Assembly (NCBI GenBank): GCA_002633005.1
Contig: NMRA01000134.1
Location: 309,077 to 373,076 of the forward strand
Direction: 5' to 3'
DNA from: Phoronis australis
Lineage: Eukaryota > Animalia > Phoronida
DNA length: 64,000 nucleotides
Shown: piece by piece, positions 63,801-64,000 of the stretch
How the letters are laid out: each line of letters opens with the position of its first letter
Position numbering within the stretch: the first letter of the stretch is position 1
The notes under the pieces: generated by a model
What the model was told of the DNA's origin: nothing
Databases searched by the model: none
The model's input: the letters and a program-made list of their open reading frames with translations, nothing else
Position numbers and translations under genes: made by a program

Positions 63801-64000
63801 TAACATGTCTCTGGAATTTTTCTTAAAATAATTAGAAACCCTTCTCGATTTCGTCACATGAACTTGGCTCATAAGTTTCGTGAAACCATATTGTGCACAT
63901 CTGGGTATGAGTCACGCCACCAGCAAAAATTTTTGTTGGAACATCTGCTTACACACACCTTTTTTAGCATACGAAAAGTCGTATACGAAAAAGTGTGGTG

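Overview
Animal genomic DNA (AT-rich, spliceosomal introns; the troponin T sequence looks lophotrochozoan/mollusc-like, by inference). Two convergent multi-exon genes: troponin T on + (CDS ~10161-43707, 11-12 exons including microexons and two tandemly duplicated alternative C-terminal exons) and TMEM117 on - (CDS 57694-49371, 5 exons, ~618 aa). Introns hold a decayed CR1/L2-type LINE, THAP/SWIM DNA-transposon remnants, several MITEs with 5-bp target-site duplications, short tRNA-derived SINEs and minisatellites. The most striking signal is a Helentron-like non-autonomous element present three times. Its internal ~150-bp satellite carries one near-consensus CTCF motif per unit, which suggests a mobile, phased insulator array. 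One copy seems to be caught as a filled/empty-site pair at an assembly gap. All exon models were read by eye and lack transcript support.
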